DNA of 64,000 bases from a virus: positions 1 to 64,000 of the IMG/VR virus record IMGVR_UViG_3300011261_000048. One strand, 5' to 3'. The position numbers and the translations under genes are program-made. The notes beneath the pieces were generated by a model, which was not told the origin of the DNA, made no database searches, and worked only from the letters and a program-made list of their open reading frames with translations. This document shows, in pieces, positions 49,673 to 58,548 of the stretch; positions within the stretch are counted from its first letter, which is position 1, and every line of letters begins with the position of its first letter.

Positions 49673-49741
49673 TATTTTATTAACCATAGTAAAAAAATTA
49701 AAGATAGTTGGGCAGACAACCTGCACTATGGTTATATTTTA

Positions 49742-49847
49742 TTAAGAACCTTGCTCCAGTGAAGTAGACGTAAAACTCTACCTGATGTGTGATGCTTGAG
49801 ATGTAGACGGTGTACAACGTTGAAATCAAAGAGTAGCAGGTTCTTAA
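49742..49847 (+). ncRNA. Stem-closed structured RNA B1
   Basis: TTAAGAACCT/AGGTTCTTAA; contains TGAAGTAGACGT, also present at about 54798. Confidence 0.5.
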
Positions 49848-49920
49848 CTTACTAATCACACCACTCCCAGTTAATGATGGGTCCACAAATAGTATAGTTT
49901 GGTGGTGTGTTTATTTATAT

Positions 49921-49996
49921 CCCATCAAAGCCTCTTGTAGGTTAACCGATGCGTCAAAATAATACGACAGAGTAAGTTTAAATCTTACTGATGGAA
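49921..49996 (+). ncRNA. Degenerate tRNA-like RNA
   Basis: CCATCA/TGATGG acceptor-like stem; GTAAG-TTTAAAT-CTTAC T arm; no canonical anticodon arm. Confidence 0.55.
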
Positions 49997-50237
49997 CACG
50001 TGATTGCTAATAACAATCTAGTACAACTCTGTACGATGAGAAAAGGGAGTAATTACCTTATGAGTTGCCTAGTAGTATAGGTTGTATACTACAGGATATG
50101 AATCCTAGTTTGAGAGACTGAATCTTAGTTCTAACTACAATAAAATATACGTAAGAAACCATGCAATTGAGTAGGTGGAGTATAGTAGGACAGCAGTAAT
50201 GTTGAACGATTTTTTTAATTAACCTTAAAACAATAAT

Positions 50238-50597
50238 ATGAAAGATAATAAAATCATAGTAGTAGGTGCAGATAATACTGGCCGTACTACATTAACAAAG
50301 AAAGAACATAATGATATTATACTTATAGGTGCAGACAACACTATAGAAGTAAATGGTGTAATATATAAAAGGAGAGCAAGCAAAGCGAGTACACCAATGT
50401 CACGAAGAGTTTCAAGTATAATGATGATGGCACAAATGTTTGGAGAAACTACTTATAGTACAAAGAAACAAAGACAAAGACCTAATGTAATAATAGAAAA
50501 AGAGTTTGCTTTAATACAGCAAAAGAAATCTAACCTATCAAAAAGTGATAGAGATTGGGTAGAACATATGTTTCATATGCAGTACGATAAACTATGA
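50238..50597 (+). CDS. Hypothetical protein
   Basis: ORF track; C-terminal EFALIQQKKSNLSKSDRDWV. Confidence 0.65.
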   Translation: MKDNKIIVVGADNTGRTTLTKKEHNDIILIGADNTIEVNGVIYKRRASKASTPMSRRVSSIMMMAQMFGETTYSTKKQRQRPNVIIEKEFALIQQKKSNLSKSDRDWVEHMFHMQYDKL

Positions 50598-50977
50598 AAA
50601 ACGTAACAGATATACCGTACAAAGTATTATATGTAGAACAATGTAAATTAGCAGGTTATCCTATAGGTATGTCATTATATAAAGATATAATTAATGAGTA
50701 TCCAGAGTATTTTCCTATAGAAGCAGAACATAGTAGGAAATGGGCGTTAATACCTGAAGAAGTACATAAACAGTACAATAAAGAGTATTTAGAAGTATAT
50801 AATAACTATATGAGTAATTTACCACATGAAGGTAAAGGTATAATGTATTTTATACGAAATCCGAAAGACTATACTGAATGGAGTAAAGCATATAATGATG
50901 CAATAGAGAAATCAAAACCTCATTTAGATGCTATATATAAAAAACATTATAGTAAATATAATATTACACTAACATAA
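50594..50977 (+). CDS. Hypothetical protein
   Basis: ORF track; ATGA coupling. Confidence 0.65.
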   Translation: MKNVTDIPYKVLYVEQCKLAGYPIGMSLYKDIINEYPEYFPIEAEHSRKWALIPEEVHKQYNKEYLEVYNNYMSNLPHEGKGIMYFIRNPKDYTEWSKAYNDAIEKSKPHLDAIYKKHYSKYNITLT

Positions 50978-50992
50978 CTAAAACTAAATAAT

Positions 50993-51190
50993 ATGGAAAT
51001 ATGGGATAGTAAACAAGGGAAGTTTATTCCTAGACCTAAAGAAATAGATGACTTCTTAAAGGATATAGATGAAGTATGTAAGAAACATAATTTATCTATA
51101 AGCCATGAAGATGGTCATGGTGCTTTTGAAATAGAAAAATATGATAAGCAGAATATAATTTGGTTAAATAACGCACTTAAAAGATATTGA
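50993..51190 (+). CDS. Hypothetical protein (SISHEDGHGAF motif)
   Basis: ORF track. Confidence 0.65.
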   Translation: MEIWDSKQGKFIPRPKEIDDFLKDIDEVCKKHNLSISHEDGHGAFEIEKYDKQNIIWLNNALKRY

Positions 51191-51191
51191 C

Positions 51192-51563
51192 ATGAAAGAG
51201 CAACTAATAACAATTGAAACAGCTAAGTTAGCTAAAGAGAAAGGGTTTGATATACCACTACGTAGTCAATACTATGAAAAAGGAAAAATAACTCAAGATA
51301 TAACTGATGGTCAAAAATTAAGAGGAGGTAATTTTTATGCTGTAAACACTCAATCACTACTACAAAAATGGTTACGGGAAAAATATAGTTTTGAAATAAA
51401 TATCCATAGTTTTGAAACATGTGGTTGGTGGTACTATATTGGTTACATTGGCAACAATGCTAGTGAGATAGACTCTTCAGAACATGAATGGTGGTTTGCA
51501 GATTATGAAGAAGCCCTAGAAGAAGGATTACAAGAAGCGTTAAAATTAATTAGTAATGAGTAG
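51192..51563 (+). CDS. Bacteroidota-phage-type hypothetical protein (ETAKLAKEKGF...QKWLRE...YEEALEEGLQEAL)
   Basis: ORF track; paralogous to 55118..55498. Confidence 0.7.
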   Translation: MKEQLITIETAKLAKEKGFDIPLRSQYYEKGKITQDITDGQKLRGGNFYAVNTQSLLQKWLREKYSFEINIHSFETCGWWYYIGYIGNNASEIDSSEHEWWFADYEEALEEGLQEALKLISNE

Positions 51564-51804
51564 ACAGTTAGTAATGTACACAGGTGCAGGAGGTATTAAA
51601 ATGTATATTAAATCATTTTTAATTGAAATGGGTAGTGTGGATGTTACTGATAAAATGGTAAATACTATTTATAATCAAATTAAGTACTACCCTGAAACAG
51701 CCGCTTTCTTTGGTGTTACTGTATCTAGGACTTTTAAACTACCTAGAAAGAAGAAAAAGAAGTATAAACAATTAAAACTAAACGAAAATGAAAGAAGGAG
51801 ATAA
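51556..51804 (+). CDS. Hypothetical protein
   Basis: ORF track; KLPRKKKK. Confidence 0.55.
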   Translation: MSRQLVMYTGAGGIKMYIKSFLIEMGSVDVTDKMVNTIYNQIKYYPETAAFFGVTVSRTFKLPRKKKKKYKQLKLNENERRR

Positions 51805-52030
51805 AATAATATGGAATTCTGGATTTGGATATGAACTAGGTACATATATTTCAGATAAAGGAGTAATGTATGATACAGTACTAATTAATTTAGAAACAGG
51901 TGTAGCACAAGGGAAATTAAGTGTACCTATACATCAGATAATACCTAGAAGTAAGAAAGCATTAGAGATAATGCTACGTGAGTATCCTAGAGTACAAGTA
52001 AGTAAAACAATAACAACATTAACACATTAA
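51788..52030 (+). CDS. Hypothetical protein
   Basis: ORF track. Confidence 0.6.
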   Translation: MKEGDKIIWNSGFGYELGTYISDKGVMYDTVLINLETGVAQGKLSVPIHQIIPRSKKALEIMLREYPRVQVSKTITTLTH

Positions 52031-52052
52031 CAAACACTTAAAAATTAAAATT

Positions 52053-52286
52053 ATGAAATTATTACTATCAATACTATTAAGTATCTTATTGAGCAGCTGT
52101 CTTAAAAGTAATGAATATATGGATGCTGCAGAATTTTATAAAGTTTCTAAAGGGTGTATTGTTACAGGAGACTCTCCAGAAACTACTTTTATGCATCGAA
52201 GAATAACAGTAAAAACTACTACAGATGAATTTTTAACCTATATAGGTGAAGAATTATATTATGAAGTAGGAGATACTATAAAATAA
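52053..52286 (+). CDS. Putative lipoprotein
   Basis: Lipobox LLSSC. Confidence 0.65.
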   Translation: MKLLLSILLSILLSSCLKSNEYMDAAEFYKVSKGCIVTGDSPETTFMHRRITVKTTTDEFLTYIGEELYYEVGDTIK

Positions 52287-52291
52287 TTACT

Positions 52292-52528
52292 ATGGGGAAA
52301 TTAATGGATAGGTTAGAAAAACAACTAACTACAGAAAATAAGAAAGATGCAGAAGAATGTATAGAGATATATAATTGGATTAAATCTACTGATAAAGATG
52401 GAAGAGTTTGGTCTAGTAGATGGGAGCCTTTAACAAATGTTAGATTTATTGGAACATACCCTAGTACAAGAATTTATAACCTTAATATTACTGGTAAAGC
52501 ACTTCTAAAAGAACTAAGAACAGATTAA
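52292..52528 (+). CDS. Hypothetical protein
   Basis: ORF track. Confidence 0.6.
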   Translation: MGKLMDRLEKQLTTENKKDAEECIEIYNWIKSTDKDGRVWSSRWEPLTNVRFIGTYPSTRIYNLNITGKALLKELRTD

Positions 52529-52885
52529 TAATTTAAAAGTATAGGTTAAACCCTCATTAGGAGGGGGACAGCAAATTAATTGAAAGAAAATAATATAATA
52601 TTACCTATTGGGCCGATACTAAGGCTATAGTATGTTGAGATCATAACTACTGTTCTAAAAAGTGGTAAGTGTAGGAACTTATCAACTGACATGTGACTCT
52701 TAACTGAGAGCATGAGTGCAAGGCACACTAATATAATAAGCCTCTGAACAGGTACTTAAACAAGAAGTAATAATATAGTATTTTTGGTGTGTGTATTCCA
52801 CTACTAATTAAGGGATTTGTTTTACCGCCTGGAGCAATATGCTCAGTAGAAGGGTGTGAATAAGTGCTTATACTTTTAAGTTATT
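52527..52885 (+). ncRNA. Large (about 360 nt) stem-closed structured RNA
   Basis: About 20-bp closing helix AATAATTTAAAAGTATAGGT/GCTTATACTTTTAAGTTATT; internal hairpins; no ORF. Confidence 0.6.
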
Positions 52886-52921
52886 ATATTTAAATAATTA
52901 TAAACCCAAAAAATCAAAACA

Positions 52922-53311
52922 ATGAAAAATCTAATTTTAACAGTAATATGTATTCTAGTGAGTACAGTTACATTTGCAGGAGAACCAAAAAAAGATAAAG
53001 ACAATACCTTTGAAATATCAGGGTACTTCTTAAAGAATAGTAATATCTCTTATGAAGTATATGAAGTAACTAGTGACTCTTGGGAGTTGATAGAAAGTGG
53101 TAAAGGTATGAAACACTACAAGGTAGAGTTGGAGACTAACCATACATATGTAGTAATATTTAAGAAAGATGAGAAACAGAAGCTATTATTTGTTGATGTT
53201 CAAGTTCCTTCTTATATTGATATAGATGTAGACTTTAAATATTTACAGGATGCTACTTTAAAATACACTACTGATATGGAGGAGTATAAAGTAGCATTAA
53301 TAAAGAAATAG
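52922..53311 (+). CDS. Secreted/periplasmic protein
   Basis: Signal peptide MKNLILTVICILVSTVTFA. Confidence 0.65.
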   Translation: MKNLILTVICILVSTVTFAGEPKKDKDNTFEISGYFLKNSNISYEVYEVTSDSWELIESGKGMKHYKVELETNHTYVVIFKKDEKQKLLFVDVQVPSYIDIDVDFKYLQDATLKYTTDMEEYKVALIKK

Positions 53312-53486
53312 TAATATTATTTATGTTTTTACACGGAGGCCTTGTGTAATGTAATTAGCTTAAGCCTTAGGTACCATAAATTAGAATTAAATAGTGCCAC
53401 GCTTCCCATGGTTTAAAGTACAAGGATAATGAAGGAAATAATACGTTCCCTAAGCACTATTTATTTATTAACTAAAATTAAAAAAT

Positions 53487-53639
53487 ATGCCAGATATAAC
53501 AATGTGTAGGAATACTAAATGTATTCTAAAAGAGAAATGCTATAGATTTAAAGCAAAACCCAATCCACATAGACAATCTTATAGTAGTTTTACTCCTGAT
53601 AAAAGGGATAGATGTGATGGATTTGTAAAGATTGAATAA
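53487..53639 (+). CDS. Small Cys-rich protein (MPDITMC...C..KEKCYRF...QSY)
   Basis: Read manually; 50 aa, four Cys. Confidence 0.7.
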   Translation: MPDITMCRNTKCILKEKCYRFKAKPNPHRQSYSSFTPDKRDRCDGFVKIE

Positions 53640-53642
53640 ATT

Positions 53643-53856
53643 AAGACTCTCTGATTAAAGATAAACGTATCATAACACACCTCTCATTGTGAAGTACGCC
53701 AGTAGTAGTATAAACTGTATCAGCAGTTGTGTTTATTGTAGATGTAATAGGTAAAGGTGTAGATATAACACCCCACTTAAAGTGATGCAGGTTCCCATAT
53801 AAGTGAACTCGACTACAAGAAACTATTACCCCACTGAAATTTGGGCAGAGAGTTTT
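53643..53856 (+). ncRNA. Stem-closed structured RNA C1
   Basis: AAGACTCTCTG/CAGAGAGTTTT; 3' hairpin CCCA-CTGAAATT-TGGG abutting the stem. Confidence 0.55.
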
Positions 53857-53884
53857 ATTATTAAAAGAAAAGACTAAACATTGA

Positions 53885-54100
53885 ATCTTTGTGAATGAGA
53901 GAAGTCATAAAAATAGGAAAGATACCAAGACTTTTGATGGTAGATGCTTATTCACATAAAGATACTAGCAGTAATGTTAGATGTGTTGTCACCTTGAGAA
54001 AGTGATGCGAGCCATAAGTATATAGAAGCAAGTTAAAGGGATTCGACACTTAATCTTTGAACTTATGAGCTGGCTTTCCACAACACAAATGAGTTCTCAG
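53885..54100 (+). ncRNA. Multi-stem RNA with predicted pseudoknot
   Basis: ATCTTTGTGAATGAG/CTTATTCAC..AAAGAT; CTAGCA-GTAA-TGTTAG; TGTGTTGT/ACAACACA; loop TGAGAA complementary to TTCTCA. Confidence 0.55.
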
Positions 54101-54292
54101 CTAGTAGTTAAGGGGCTGGACACAGCATTTAGGCTGGTATAAACCTATCTAAAATGTGCATTAACAAGGTGATTAACTACGTGGACCCTACTCTTATTAG
54201 TCAAGTAGACTTGTTAAATATCTTAACATGTACCTGCGGGTATAGGATGAGCTAATAAGAAAGAGGGTACTAATGGGTATAATACCTGAAAT

Positions 54293-54362
54293 GGACAGAA
54301 GTAGAAATAGAGAATACGTCTACATTGTAGAAAGGTGTGAGGTTGGAATCCTCACCTGTCCA
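54293..54362 (+). ncRNA. tRNA-like RNA lacking an anticodon loop
   Basis: GGACAG/CTGTCC acceptor; GTA..TAC D arm; TCTAC-ATT-GTAGA; TGAGG-TTGGAAT-CCTCA T arm. Confidence 0.7.
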
Positions 54363-54388
54363 CAATTTATTAAATAAAATTAAAGAAA

Positions 54389-54763
54389 ATGAGTTATAAA
54401 TCAACAAGTACTAAAGGTTATATACCTTATGATTTTATTGAGCCAAATTTAGTAAGAGAACATAAAGAAGTAGATAGGTATATAAAATTATTGAATATAA
54501 CTCTACCACAAGAGGAATTTATTCTTAAATGTTTGTTATCTCAGAAATGGGGTAATAAAATAATAATAGGGGAAATAAAAGAAATATCAAGAGAAAAAAC
54601 TTTAGGTATGACCAAATATAAATTTTCATTAGTAGCTCCTTCAATGAATGTATCTTATTGTGATTCTAACCCTTTTGAAAAAGAAGGTTGGTCATTAGAT
54701 AATTTTGAAGATAGAGCTAGTTCTGTATATCATACTTTTATTAAAAGATTAATAAAATATTAA
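54389..54763 (+). CDS. Hypothetical protein
   Basis: ORF track. Confidence 0.6.
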   Translation: MSYKSTSTKGYIPYDFIEPNLVREHKEVDRYIKLLNITLPQEEFILKCLLSQKWGNKIIIGEIKEISREKTLGMTKYKFSLVAPSMNVSYCDSNPFEKEGWSLDNFEDRASSVYHTFIKRLIKY

Positions 54764-54768
54764 AATAT

Positions 54769-54946
54769 AGAGTTCAGAGTACTGAAGATATTCAGTGATG
54801 AAGTAGACGTTGAAAAATTACGTAGCAATCACAGCATGCTAAGATGCGTTGTTTATTGTAAGCTACTATTAACTCAGGGTATCCGAGACTATTGTGACTC
54901 AAGGGACTGAGATGTATTCCACTTAGAAATGGATGCTCTGAACTTT
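54769..54946 (+). ncRNA. Stem-closed structured RNA C2
   Basis: AGAGTTCAGAGTA/TGCTCTGAACTTT; 5' ACTGAA-GATA-TTCAGT; 3' TCCA-CTTAGAAA-TGGA. Confidence 0.6.
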
Positions 54947-54976
54947 TATTTATTAACTAAAACTAAAACTAAAATT

Positions 54977-55102
54977 ATGTATAAAGTTGTAACAACAGAT
55001 GATAAAAATACTGCATTGTTTTATGGTACTTATGATGAGTGTGAGGAGTGGGCAAGAAATAACCATCATACTTACGGCCCTATGAATATATTACCATATT
55101 AA
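54977..55102 (+). CDS. Small protein (41 aa, ...FYGTYDECEEW...)
   Basis: Read manually; A-rich leader. Confidence 0.55.
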   Translation: MYKVVTTDDKNTALFYGTYDECEEWARNNHHTYGPMNILPY

Positions 55103-55117
55103 CTAAAACTAACTAAG

Positions 55118-55498
55118 ATGAAAAAAGAATTTATACCATATGAAGAAGCATTAGTCTTAAAAGAATTAGGTTTTGATTATTGTTGTTTTTGTTCTTATCC
55201 TGAAAAAGATAAATTATCTGATTCTTTTGGAACTTTTTACAGAATAACACCTAGTAAAGTTGTGTTAGCACCTTTATACCAACAAGTATTTAGATGGTTT
55301 AGAGACATACATAATATGCCTCACTCAATAATTGTAGGCACAAATCCTACAACAAATATTGCTTATGCTAACAACATACCAGCAGTTATTGAGGGCAAAA
55401 CAGATAGTGTATATACTACCTACGAAGAAGCAGAACTCGCTTGTCTTAGAAAATTAATTGAAATTGTAAAACAAGAACAAGATGAAAAAAGAATGTAA
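55118..55498 (+). CDS. Hypothetical protein (KEFIPYEEAL.LKELGF...APLYQQVFRWFR...TYEEAELACL)
   Basis: ORF track; paralogous to 51192..51563. Confidence 0.7.
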   Translation: MKKEFIPYEEALVLKELGFDYCCFCSYPEKDKLSDSFGTFYRITPSKVVLAPLYQQVFRWFRDIHNMPHSIIVGTNPTTNIAYANNIPAVIEGKTDSVYTTYEEAELACLRKLIEIVKQEQDEKRM

Positions 55499-56195
55499 AA
55501 CACACATGTTACCTACTAAAGGTGAAAGTCAGATACACGAAATTGATAAAAACTATTTATATTTTTCAATATCTCAAGCAGTGCCAGCAGATAGAAGATA
55601 CCACCTATACATAACAGATGACTCTAAGATTGAGGAAGGTGATTGGGTTTATAACCATGCCACCAACAAAATTTTTCAACCAAAGGGTCTAGCTGTTAAT
55701 TTAGTAGGGCTTAGAAAAATAATAGCCTCTACCGATAAGTCATTAACAGTAAAAGAAACTATCAAAGTTGGAGACATAGTTAACAGCAGTAAAGAAGACT
55801 TTAATATTCAGCAAGTTCACACGCAAGAGAGTGCTAACCTTTACAATAAGTCAGACCACTACTTTAAGTGTTTACCACAAATCCCACAAGACTTCATCAA
55901 ACAATACTGTGAGAATCCAGTTGAGAGTGTTTTGGTGGAGTATGAATTTAATGGAGGTGCTTGTAGTTTGGAAGAAGGGTGTACAGAACCCACAGAAGAA
56001 TGTACTTGTGAACCCATTATATATTATAAGCCAACACTAAAAGACAACTGTATAATCATATCTCCTATTGAAGAGAAGAAGAAACACCCAACACCATTTA
56101 GTTTGATTAGAAAGTTCACGCAAGACCATCCCCTTGAAAGAGGTTTGCAAATTCTTGATAGTGATATTGAAAAATGGATTAAAGAAAACTTATGA
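55482..56195 (+). CDS. Hypothetical protein (HLYIT..IEEGDW...KIIASTD..LPQIP)
   Basis: ORF track. Confidence 0.7.
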   Translation: MKKECKTHMLPTKGESQIHEIDKNYLYFSISQAVPADRRYHLYITDDSKIEEGDWVYNHATNKIFQPKGLAVNLVGLRKIIASTDKSLTVKETIKVGDIVNSSKEDFNIQQVHTQESANLYNKSDHYFKCLPQIPQDFIKQYCENPVESVLVEYEFNGGACSLEEGCTEPTEECTCEPIIYYKPTLKDNCIIISPIEEKKKHPTPFSLIRKFTQDHPLERGLQILDSDIEKWIKENL

Positions 56196-56302
56196 TTATG
56201 GCTTCGAGGGTTTAAAGAATGAATTACTAAACCAGTTAACTTTTTAAATAACGATTGCAATATGTTTAGTTACGGATTAATAATAACTTAAAATTTTATA
56301 AA

Positions 56303-56575
56303 ATGGAAAATACGATAAACAAATACACAGAGAAACTTGCGATATTAAAAGAGAATAGAGAAAAAACAGTAGATACTAATACTGATGCAGAAAATGAACT
56401 ATACGACCAACTAATTAAGCAAGTTGCGGAGTTTGTTAGAGACTTGAAGCAATTAAATATATTATGTGTTAGCAACTGCAGGGAACTGTTACTTGCTTTC
56501 GCTGAATATTGGAATGGATGTAATAACTCTTTAATTGAAGAAACAAACATTGATGAGTTTCTTAAAAGCAAGTAA
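56303..56575 (+). CDS. Small protein within an attC-like inverted-repeat framework
   Basis: ORF track; LNILCVSNC is encoded by the GTTAGCAAC box. Confidence 0.6.
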   Translation: MENTINKYTEKLAILKENREKTVDTNTDAENELYDQLIKQVAEFVRDLKQLNILCVSNCRELLLAFAEYWNGCNNSLIEETNIDEFLKSK

Positions 56576-56645
56576 TTGTTGCTAACGGACAAGAATATGA
56601 AGCGTTTTAATGCTTTGCAAATAATTAATAAATAACTTTACAAAA

Positions 56646-57611
56646 ATGAGAAAAGTAACAAAAGATGAAGTAATAGAAAAATATAAAGATGCATTACGAA
56701 TAAAAAGTACATTTGGACACCCTTTTACACTTGACTTAAGTACTTTACATGGCAATGGTAGTTCTTGGTATGTAAAAGATGGTGTGGATATGGTTAGAAA
56801 CATATATACGGCTACTGAAAATGAGCCGTGGGGAGAAATAATAACATTTAAAGCTAAATCTAATGTAGTAACAGATGAACATTTAAAGCACTTTAACTAC
56901 GAGTACCCAAAAGAAGTATTAGAATTATGGTGTAAAGAGCAAGTATTACAAGGTAATAAATTTGACCCTACTAAACTTAAAAAGGATAAAGGCTCAGGTG
57001 GGGTGCTTTGGCGTACATCTACTCAAGGACATAGTTTCTGGCAACGGATAATAGAGGATAAAATGTTTGATAGTGCACGTATACCTGCACCTAGGCCTAC
57101 TGAATATGCCTATAAACATAACTACCCTCCTAAAGTTAATGAAACAAAGAAAGTAGTTTGGTACAGAATAGTAAAGCCTTTACATTATGACGGGGAGCCA
57201 AGGGTATTAGTTAAGTCTTCTAAACCTCTTCCTGAAGTAGGTGATATTTCTTGGGAAATTACCCCTATTACAGGGAAAAGTATAGACTGTATACATTTAG
57301 AGCGTAATAAATTCAGTGCTAATATAGATAAAAGCTGTGTAGTAGAAATAGATAATCCTTATGATTCTAAACCAACAGTACATGGTGGAAGTTGGATGGG
57401 ATTAACTAGTGAAAACCATTTAGGTAAATCATTTGTAATTAATAGTGATAATGCAGGAAGTATACAGTTACCATGGGAAACACATACGTATAGTAGTAAA
57501 ACAGAACTAGTACCTAAAAAAGAATCTAGCTCTATGCTTAAAAAAATAGGGGAACCTATTATCTTTAAAAAGAAGAAAGAAAGAAAACGTAATTTAATAA
57601 TAACCAAATAA
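56646..57611 (+). CDS. Hypothetical protein (321 aa)
   Basis: ORF track; EQVLQGN...GG..W..STQGHSFW. Confidence 0.65.
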   Translation: MRKVTKDEVIEKYKDALRIKSTFGHPFTLDLSTLHGNGSSWYVKDGVDMVRNIYTATENEPWGEIITFKAKSNVVTDEHLKHFNYEYPKEVLELWCKEQVLQGNKFDPTKLKKDKGSGGVLWRTSTQGHSFWQRIIEDKMFDSARIPAPRPTEYAYKHNYPPKVNETKKVVWYRIVKPLHYDGEPRVLVKSSKPLPEVGDISWEITPITGKSIDCIHLERNKFSANIDKSCVVEIDNPYDSKPTVHGGSWMGLTSENHLGKSFVINSDNAGSIQLPWETHTYSSKTELVPKKESSSMLKKIGEPIIFKKKKERKRNLIITK

Positions 57612-57620
57612 AAAGTAAAC

Positions 57621-57983
57621 ATGAGTTTAACAGAAGGAGTAACAGAAGGAGTATCGTATTTTGTAAAGCAAACTATTGCCTTGATGAAAGGAGATACAGA
57701 TGAAGCATTAGCTTTAAAGAACAGAAAAAGAGCAATTGCTGGTATCAAAGCAGAATTAACTCAATTAGAGTTATTGAAAATGGATGCAGAGCAAGAAGTA
57801 GAAGATGCTGAAGCATTAGTGAAAGCTGCAAAGTTTCCAGTAGAATTAATTACTGACACTAAGAGCTACATCTTTAATCTTAAAGAATATTTAGGATTAC
57901 TAGAGACTAGACAGGATGCTTTAGATGATGTAAATCATTCTATAGAATTTCAAACTGGTTTACTAGCTGAAATCTCTAAGTAA
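57621..57983 (+). CDS. Coiled-coil protein
   Basis: ORF track; followed by terminator 57990-58017. Confidence 0.65.
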   Translation: MSLTEGVTEGVSYFVKQTIALMKGDTDEALALKNRKRAIAGIKAELTQLELLKMDAEQEVEDAEALVKAAKFPVELITDTKSYIFNLKEYLGLLETRQDALDDVNHSIEFQTGLLAEISK

Positions 57984-57989
57984 AATTAA

Positions 57990-58017
57990 AACCCTCTCTT
58001 GAAATATAGGGAGGGTT
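57990..58017 (+). terminator. Terminator-like hairpin
   Basis: AACCCTCTCT...AGGGAGGGTT. Confidence 0.6.
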
Positions 58018-58041
58018 ATTATTAACCTAAAAAATCACAAT

Positions 58042-58251
58042 ATGATCACATTACCAATAATAATTACTTTAGTAGTTATACTATGGAATTATATAACCTA
58101 CAGAAAATGTAGAAAAGTTAAAGCAAAATTTAACTTATTTGAAGCATGTGTATATGAGAAATGGAAAACCACTAGGTATTTTATAAACACTTCTTACATT
58201 TGCTTACTTATAACAGCAATAGGACTATTAATAATATATTATTGTCCTTAG
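58042..58251 (+). CDS. Small membrane protein
   Basis: Two hydrophobic segments. Confidence 0.55.
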   Translation: MITLPIIITLVVILWNYITYRKCRKVKAKFNLFEACVYEKWKTTRYFINTSYICLLITAIGLLIIYYCP

Positions 58252-58274
58252 TATTAATCTAAAAAATTAAAGAT

Positions 58275-58547
58275 ATGTTTGAATCAGAATGTAAAATATT
58301 ATACCAAGATTATGATAAAAAGCATCTTAAGAGGTGTTTGAAAGTCCTAAAGAAAAGGCAACAGATGGATCCAGATGATGAATTAGCATATCATATAAAC
58401 TATCTTGAAGATAGAATTTACTTTTTAGCAATTACTAACAGTAGACTAGAAAGGCTTAGAAATTGGCTTGTAGAGTCAGCTGATTTATTCATAGTATTTT
58501 TTGGAATCTTAATGGCTATGCTATTATTATATATACTGATTAAATAG
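58275..58547 (+). CDS. Hypothetical protein with C-terminal TM
   Basis: ORF track. Confidence 0.6.
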   Translation: MFESECKILYQDYDKKHLKRCLKVLKKRQQMDPDDELAYHINYLEDRIYFLAITNSRLERLRNWLVESADLFIVFFGILMAMLLLYILIK

Positions 58548-58548
58548 T

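Noticed and set aside
52527-52885. RNase P RNA or group I intron identity for the large RNA
   Set aside because: Conserved RNase P (GAGGAAAGTCC) and intron core motifs were not found, and no gene is interrupted.
49430-54946. CRISPR mini-array
   Set aside because: No identical direct repeats with regular spacers; the similarity is structural and limited to short motifs.
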